Positions 58,098 to 64,000 of a stretch of 64,000 nucleotides of DNA are shown one piece after another. A program made the position numbers and the translations under genes. Within the stretch, counting starts at the first letter, position 1; every line of letters starts with the position of its first letter. The notes beneath the pieces were generated by a model. It saw nothing but the letters and a program-made list of their open reading frames with translations. It did no database searches and was not told the DNA's origin. Source of the stretch: Candidatus Poribacteria bacterium (GTDB lineage Bacteria > Poribacteria > WGA-4E > WGA-3G). The stretch is from NCBI GenBank assembly GCA_963665235.2, contig CAXXLX010000002.1, positions 736,001 through 800,000 of the forward strand. The letters are read 5' to 3'.

Positions 58098-59348
58098 TTA
58101 CCGCCTCTTGGACGGTTTACTTGATATGAGTCCCGAAAACGGTGACCACGAATCAAGTCTACATAGGTTCGGATTATACCTGATACCTACGGGGGATACC
58201 ACCACCCCGACTACAGGGTTAAAAAGGTAACCCTGATACGCTGTGAGAATATTACTCGCACCCACTACATCTCTATGACCATGCCACCCGCATTTGGGGC
58301 ATTTATAGTTGCGTTTGACTGGTTTTTTGCGATTACCGCAACTTGGGCAGGTTTGAGAGGTATAGGCTTCGTTTTGGGTATCAACTTTGATACCAAGTGC
58401 TTTTGCTTTGTAGGTAATCATCTCTCTAAATTGAGAAAATGCCCACTGGTGTAACTTCTCATTGGCTTTTCTACCGTAGTTTATGGATTGTCGGATATGC
58501 TTAATATCACCAATAACAATCGTTTCTATCTTTCGCTTAAAGCAAGAAGAAACAAACCGTGATGTGATTTTGTGTCGCATGTCACGTAACTGCGACGCTA
58601 TTTTGAAAAGGAGTTTGTCTTTGGCGCGCTTGAGTTTTTTCCAACGCCGACTGCCTCGCTTGCATCTTGAGAGTTTACGGTTGAGACTCCCTTTGGACTT
58701 CTCGCGATACCGCACTTTACTGCGGTGTTCGCGTCCGTTGTAGATTTCGGCAGTGATACCGTCGAAAGCTGTGATTGGGTGTATTTCACCCATATCGACT
58801 GCAACGGCTGTCCCGTGTTTTATTTTTGGCTGTTTCGGTTGTGTTTGGTACGTTGCATGGAACTCATACGCTTTTGTTGTTTTGTTGTAGACAAGGGATA
58901 CTTCGGTTGGCACAATCTTATGGAATTTCTTGTCAACCTTGATATAAACAGCTTCGCGTCCTTGACCCATAGACAATCGGAGTCTGCCAAGTTTATAGGT
59001 GATACCCGTCGCACGCCAGGTGAAAGTGTGGAATTTATATGTCCGTTTGGGCGGCTTTGCCTTGGGATTAGATTTTTTATTGCAAAAGAAAGAACGCCTT
59101 GCACCGCAATAGTCGTCTATAACTGCCTGAACAGAATGCGCATGGCAGGGATACCGCTTAAACTTAAGATATTTCTTGAGGCCAGCATCGGACAACCAAA
59201 AACCCTTTTTGTTGTATGTTCTAAACGCAAGTGATACCGTTTTGGAATAGATTCGTCCACCGAGACGATTTATCGCGTCTAATTCCGATGTCGGTTTTGC
59301 TGTCGCTATAATGTAGGTTCGAAACGTTTTGGTATCCTTTTTAGACAT
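58098..59348 (-). CDS. tnpB: RNA-guided endonuclease TnpB
   Basis: AVDMGE (RuvC-I), VIGDI, EAYTSQTCPSCG, CPKCG and HRDVVGASNI (RuvC-III). ATG overlaps the tnpA end. Confidence 0.92.
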   Translation of the reverse strand: MSKKDTKTFRTYIIATAKPTSELDAINRLGGRIYSKTVSLAFRTYNKKGFWLSDAGLKKYLKFKRYPCHAHSVQAVIDDYCGARRSFFCNKKSNPKAKPPKRTYKFHTFTWRATGITYKLGRLRLSMGQGREAVYIKVDKKFHKIVPTEVSLVYNKTTKAYEFHATYQTQPKQPKIKHGTAVAVDMGEIHPITAFDGITAEIYNGREHRSKVRYREKSKGSLNRKLSRCKRGSRRWKKLKRAKDKLLFKIASQLRDMRHKITSRFVSSCFKRKIETIVIGDIKHIRQSINYGRKANEKLHQWAFSQFREMITYKAKALGIKVDTQNEAYTSQTCPSCGNRKKPVKRNYKCPKCGWHGHRDVVGASNILTAYQGYLFNPVVGVVVSPVGIRYNPNLCRLDSWSPFSGLISSKPSKRR

Positions 59349-59754
59349 GCTTTTGGTCCTCAATATACCTTTTGACAACTTCTAAGGAGGGGCTACCCAC
59401 AGATGATATGAATTTAGAACGCGTCCACAAATAAGGTAAGCGAGATTTTAGGCATGCGAATTCCTCACGGAGCACACTAGAGGTAAAACCTTTTATCAGC
59501 CCAACCTTCCGTGTAAATGGCACTTTGGGGTTGTTTTCTATTATCATAAGCACAGGGTCTTGCATAACCTCACTGGCACACACCTTAAAATCTGACTCGG
59601 TTTGTTTACAACAGATTAGCGGGTGCAAGCGTTTTTGTATCCGTTCGGTTAAAACCTGGCACCGATACTTCGGACACCAGAGGACAGGATACTGAAAACT
59701 GTAAACAAGGTTTGTCTCGGAGGACCAATGCTTTTCTCCATTCTTAATAAACAT
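59341..59754 (-). CDS. tnpA: IS200-type Y1 transposase TnpA with degenerate HUH motif
   Basis: WCPKYR, KGFTSS, LWTRS and YIEDQ are present. The expected DHVH reads DPVL. Confidence 0.8.
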   Translation of the reverse strand: MFIKNGEKHWSSETNLVYSFQYPVLWCPKYRCQVLTERIQKRLHPLICCKQTESDFKVCASEVMQDPVLMIIENNPKVPFTRKVGLIKGFTSSVLREEFACLKSRLPYLWTRSKFISSVGSPSLEVVKRYIEDQKHV

Positions 59755-59790
59755 TATACTATATCCCTTATCTGGTAGGTTCTATAATAG

Positions 59791-59819
59791 AGTATAACAC
59801 ATTTCCCATAAAAAGTCAA
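59791..59819 (-). promoter_or_regulatory. IS left-end promoter
   Basis: TTGACT-17 nt-TATACT. Confidence 0.6.
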
Positions 59820-59894
59820 ACGATTTGATTACAGAGGCACGAGAGACGCGGGTTGGACCCAAGTCTAAAGACTTGGGATTGTTAAGGGAGTCCC

Positions 59895-59975
59895 TTCAAC
59901 GATGAGATAGCCGGTATCGTTGAAGGCTTTGAGCTGTTCTTCCGTAGCGCAGTATTCAAGCCAACTGGCATCCAT
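59895..59975 (-). pseudogene. PhyH family gene, 5' part (MDASWLEYCATEEQLKAFNDTGYLIVE)
   Basis: GGAGG RBS and a typical PhyH F...GYL.V start. Ends at the IS boundary. Confidence 0.85.
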
Positions 59976-59993
59976 GGTTATGCCCTCCGACGG

Positions 59994-61212
59994 TTAACTC
60001 TGTTCTTCCACACGTTCAATAATTTCACCAGTCTCACGGTCTCTGAAGATCCGTTTCATTCTGCCATCGGGCATCCGTTCATCTTTGAGATGTGCATAAC
60101 GTTCATCAGCATCCGATTGCACGGGGTGGGCATCGGCAGTGTCCGCTGTCCCCCGCCAGTCCGCCAGTTCAACCGTTTCCCACTGTTTCGATTTTGCGGA
60201 TTTATAGCAGGCATCAATAATAGCGTTCACGACATAACCGTCGTAGAAGGTCTCTAACGGCTCTCGTTCCTCGTCCAGTGCGTTGAACATATCGAGAAAC
60301 ATATCTCGATAGCCGAGTTCAGCAACTTCATCACCGACGGGGAAAGAGCCAGCCGGTGTCGCCCTCCGCCTTTTCAGCGACATAACCGCCCTGGCCGACA
60401 GCTGTAAACATCTCGTAGCCTGTGCGAAGCCAGTGATTGAGCCAGATGGTGCCCTCACTGCCAGAGACTTCGTCGCGCAGGTCCATACCGCCTCGGAATG
60501 CCCAGCTTACTTCGAACTGTCCCATCGCGCCGCTTTCAAATCGGATGAGCGCGATACCGTGGTCCTCTGCGTCAATGGGATGCACAAGCGTATCCGCCCA
60601 GCACATAACCTCAAGCGGTTTGTTGTTCTTCCCAACGAAGTTTCGGATAATCTCGATGCAGTGGCACCCCATGTCGACGATAGCCCCGCCGCCTGCTTGT
60701 TCCAAATCCCAAAACCAATCGCTGTGAGGCCCGGGGTGTGTCTCACGCGAGCGTACCCATAAAATTTTACCGAGCGCGCCGTTTTGGACCGATTCTAATG
60801 CTTTGAGGGTTTTGGGCGGATAGACCAAATCTTCGAGGTAACCGCCAAATACGCCCGCGTTTTCAACGATATCCAACATCTTTTTCGCTTCGTCCGCTGT
60901 GCGTCCGAGCGGTTTGGTACAGAGAATCGCTTTCCCCGCTTCCGCTGCAAGTTCAACCGCTTTCAGATGCAAGTTGTTGGGCAATCCGATGACGACGACA
61001 TCTGTTTCAGGATGATTGATGGCTTCAGCCAAATCGGTTGTTGCGTTGGGAATGCTCCACTCTTCAGCAAAGGCGTTAGCGCGTTCTTCACGGCGGGAGT
61101 AAGCGACGTGCACGCGGTCCACACCCCGCTGATTGTGGAGTGTCATCGTGTAAAACATGCCGATGAGCCCCGTACCGAGCATTGTAACCTTATGGTTTTT
61201 CTGTTCTGACAT
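59994..61212 (-). pseudogene. Gfo/Idh/MocA oxidoreductase with a +1 frameshift at 60339-60342
   Basis: GTGLIG, CTKPL and DMGCH. GWLFP continues as [10 protein letters not shown] if one C of CCCC is removed. Confidence 0.75.
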
Positions 61213-61268
61213 TTTTTCTCCTTAATTGTTAGCGTGCTGTAGTGAATTCTGCGACAGGGAGGTGTCTG

Positions 61269-62339
61269 CTACTTTTTGTAGGTTGCAATTACACCCCAAT
61301 CGTCAACGACCCAGCAGCGGTTTTTATCTATCGCGTAAACAGCTTTAAGGGCACCACCTATCCCTACTTTTAAGGTGTTCCAGGTTTTGCCGCCATCTGT
61401 AGTGTGCAACACCGTGCCGTAATCTCCAGCTGCCCAACCCACCATCGCATCAACAAAGGTAATATCGTAAAGATCATTGTACGAGTCGGTTTTCTGCTGC
61501 TGCCACGTTTTTCCGCCATCGGCGGTGTGGAGGATTAAGCCCTCCTGTCCAGAAATCCAGCCTGTGTTTTCATCAAAAAAATGGATGCCGAACAGGTTGC
61601 TATCCATCTCAAGCTCCCGTTTTTCCCAAGTGTCGCCACTATCGGTCGTCCGTAGCAGTGTTCCGAAAGACCCGATAATCCAGCCCGTTGTAGGAGAAAC
61701 AAACCAGATATTCTCAAGATTTGTGCGGGTACCGCCAAGCCGTATGCGTTCTGAATTGCCTACCCAGGTTTCCCCTCCATCGGTCGTTTTGAGGATAGTA
61801 TTCTCCGTGCCTGCAATGAAACCTGTCTTCTCATTAATCATCTGAATCCCCATCAAAGTAGCCCGAAGTGGCCGTGGGTTTCCACCTCGCCCTGGGGTTG
61901 TACTTCTTGTCGTTTTGCGTATCCATGTTTTGCCGGCATCCTCGGTTTTCAAGATAGTGCCCCTGCCGCCTGTGATAAACCCAACTTTCTCGTTCATAAA
62001 GTAGATATTATGAAGGGGCGCGGGCCCACGACGGCCGAAACCCCCTGGCGGTTGCCCTGGTCTTTGGGTATTGCCAGGACCGGGGGGACGTACAGTGACC
62101 TCTTTTTTGGTCCAGGTTTTCCCGCCATCTGTTGTAACCAATATTAAGCCGTTATTTCCAACGACCAAACCGTTCTGTTCATCCATAAAATGGACATCCT
62201 GAAGCATGCCTTCAATACCGTCAGCACGAAGAACGTCATCTTCGCGGAGGATGGTCCATTTCGCATCAGCTAGCTTCTGTGGAAAAATGCACGCGATGCT
62301 GACAAATACTATGAAAAAAGTGATAATTGTTCTACCCAT
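61269..62339 (-). CDS. YCF48/BNR-repeat beta-propeller secreted protein
   Basis: Signal peptide and repeated G.IL.T.DGGKTW. Confidence 0.88.
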   Translation of the reverse strand: MGRTIITFFIVFVSIACIFPQKLADAKWTILREDDVLRADGIEGMLQDVHFMDEQNGLVVGNNGLILVTTDGGKTWTKKEVTVRPPGPGNTQRPGQPPGGFGRRGPAPLHNIYFMNEKVGFITGGRGTILKTEDAGKTWIRKTTRSTTPGRGGNPRPLRATLMGIQMINEKTGFIAGTENTILKTTDGGETWVGNSERIRLGGTRTNLENIWFVSPTTGWIIGSFGTLLRTTDSGDTWEKRELEMDSNLFGIHFFDENTGWISGQEGLILHTADGGKTWQQQKTDSYNDLYDITFVDAMVGWAAGDYGTVLHTTDGGKTWNTLKVGIGGALKAVYAIDKNRCWVVDDWGVIATYKK

Positions 62340-62375
62340 GGCAATCTCCTCTCTTATATTTGTGCTAAACCGTGT

Positions 62376-64000
62376 TTAAGAGGCTTGAAACGTTTCGTAA
62401 ATCTGTCGGGCTTTGCTTTCAACCCCCTCTAGGTAAGTTTGACCAAGCAGTGAAAGGTAAAGTTCGGTAGGTTCACCACTTGCTTCCCCGAAGGCTTTCG
62501 CGAACGCGCGGCACTCGGTTTTATCGGGGCCGGAGGCGTAAGCTTTCGTTTTCGCGTCTGTCCCAGATTTTCGGACTTCAACGAACTTGTCGTGAAATTT
62601 GAGATAACTCCCATCCCCTACGAATCGGACATCCTCAAGTGTTGTGAAATCAAGACCTGGCAGGGCATCGGAAAGGATAGCGCGGGTCTGTTCTATCTCT
62701 ATTTTTCCCTCGCGGAGACCAATAGCGATGCCAAGAAAAAACAGGTCGTTTTTGTCACGTTTCGCTTCACCCGCTATTTTCGCCGCCCGTAGCTTTTCGG
62801 GGTTGGGTTCAGATTCGTTGTAATAGGTAATATCCTCTCTCACATCACACGTTGCACTGATGCGGCTCTCCGTGAAAACGGCAGCAAGATAGTCAGACAA
62901 CGGAATATTCGCCTGTTTGCAATGGGCGGCAAGTGCTGTGACCAACACCATAGATTCACCCGCAGATTTTTCACGCATCGCGATAGCGGTTCTGCCGCCC
63001 TGGCTCCGGATGAGCTCTTCGGGGCCCGTAATCATCCCGCCGCTCTCCTCACCAGCAAAGATGAGGCGCGGCTGTACACCGAGTGAAATGGTTTCACCGT
63101 AAACGTCTTGGACAACAACTGGGGCATCTGGCGCGTCGGTAAGCTGTCGCTCAATCTTCTTCATAATCGCGGCAATCTCCTTGAAACCGACGGGTACATT
63201 AATCACGTTGACTGCATTCGCCGCTGCCCACTGGTCCCAAGCTAATGCGGAGGGAGTCGTCTTAATCAGAAAGCGTGGATGATTCTCCCAGAGTCCAGCG
63301 GTTTTTAGCTGTTTTGTGTGGAAGTCCATCAGCATGAGAAAGGCTTGATTAGGGGTGTAAATCGTCAACACCCGGCTGTCGTCAAGCGGTAGAAATTCAA
63401 TACCGAGGCGGTGGAGCGTGTCTGCACGCGAAGCGTCCTCTATTTCACAGACGATGAGCCGGTCGCCATCTGGGTCTGTCGCCTCAATGATTGTGCCGAT
63501 GGGGTGTGTCTTCAGTTTCGTCCCATATTCCGCCGATTTGACGACATCGAGAATGCTAAAATCGCAGCCGAGGTCGTAAAATTCAGCGGCACCTGTCTTC
63601 GGATTGTAATCCAATTTACCTATATTGTGATAGAGCGGGTCCGCCTTGACATGGAGCCAGTGAACAGCCGTAGCAATGCCTAACCGTTCGAAGATAGCAC
63701 GCATCGGACGATACATACATCCCCCCACACAATCAACGACAATTGCGGGTTTGGTTTGACGAATAAGGTCGAGATTCGATGCCGTGGCGACACCGTTTCT
63801 GAGATAACTGACGTAGAGTTGTACGCCATCGTGGAGTTCATCCAATCTTTCAAAATCGATGTGTGGGTCGTTACGTGCGCTGAACTGGATAGGGTATCCT
63901 TCAGACTCGGCGGTCGTCAGAATTGTTTCAATCTTGCTGACGAACCGCATCGATTCTTCAGGCAAATATTGACTCCCCTGGTCGTTGAGGTCTTTGGTAG
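62376..64000 (-). CDS. Phosphoglucomutase/phosphomannomutase family protein (5' truncated by the window)
   Basis: DPDGDR metal loop, PVGFK, AGEESGG and RKSGT. Confidence 0.85.
   Translation of the reverse strand, partial: TKDLNDQGSQYLPEESMRFVSKIETILTTAESEGYPIQFSARNDPHIDFERLDELHDGVQLYVSYLRNGVATASNLDLIRQTKPAIVVDCVGGCMYRPMRAIFERLGIATAVHWLHVKADPLYHNIGKLDYNPKTGAAEFYDLGCDFSILDVVKSAEYGTKLKTHPIGTIIEATDPDGDRLIVCEIEDASRADTLHRLGIEFLPLDDSRVLTIYTPNQAFLMLMDFHTKQLKTAGLWENHPRFLIKTTPSALAWDQWAAANAVNVINVPVGFKEIAAIMKKIERQLTDAPDAPVVVQDVYGETISLGVQPRLIFAGEESGGMITGPEELIRSQGGRTAIAMREKSAGESMVLVTALAAHCKQANIPLSDYLAAVFTESRISATCDVREDITYYNESEPNPEKLRAAKIAGEAKRDKNDLFFLGIAIGLREGKIEIEQTRAILSDALPGLDFTTLEDVRFVGDGSYLKFHDKFVEVRKSGTDAKTKAYASGPDKTECRAFAKAFGEASGEPTELYLSLLGQTYLEGVESKARQIYETFQAS

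Larger units (their letters stand above)
58064..59894 (-). mobile_element. IS200/IS605 family element (tnpA-tnpB), 1831 bp
   Basis: Inserted 3' of TTGAA with no target duplication. Left hairpin CCCAAGTCTTTAGACTTGGG. Right hairpin ending in TCAC. Removing it restores the phyH frame. Confidence 0.9.

Noticed and set aside
58064-59894. IStron (group I intron-IS hybrid) that could splice out of phyH
   Set aside because: Only ~140 nt separate the left end from tnpA, and no group I core motifs were recognised.

Overview
This is a gene-dense bacterial chromosomal segment. It most resembles Candidatus Poribacteria or a related candidate phylum; that assignment is an inference from paralogous PD40, WD40 and LamG proteins, Rpn nucleases, a sialidase, a PhyH dioxygenase and a shared C-terminal 'V-x-P-x-x-K-x4-WG-x-[IL]K' tail. 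Housekeeping genes include tyrS, an aroF-leuA operon, pepA, bioA, thiE, a selenocysteine formate dehydrogenase, an NtrB/NtrC-type pair and an ECF sigma locus. The intergenic spaces carry many MITE, REP and heptamer repeats. The main observations are: (1) two diverged copies of a ~0.5-kb element with IS200/IS605-type ends and no credible sense-strand ORF, each with its own consensus sigma70 promoter and a ~400-nt RNA showing compensatory base changes, pseudoknots and an omegaRNA-like 3' end; (2) an unannotated Phe/Tyr/Trp/Leu-rich leader peptide with terminator and antiterminator upstream of aroF-leuA; (3) an IS605 element (tnpA lacking its HUH motif, plus tnpB) that cleanly splits a PhyH gene after TTGAA; (4) UGA-Sec readthrough in fdh; (5) internal RBS and start sites in both Rpn genes; (6) an unannotated 41-aa basic protein. 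No rRNA, tRNA or CRISPR array was seen. All calls were made by eye, without database searches.
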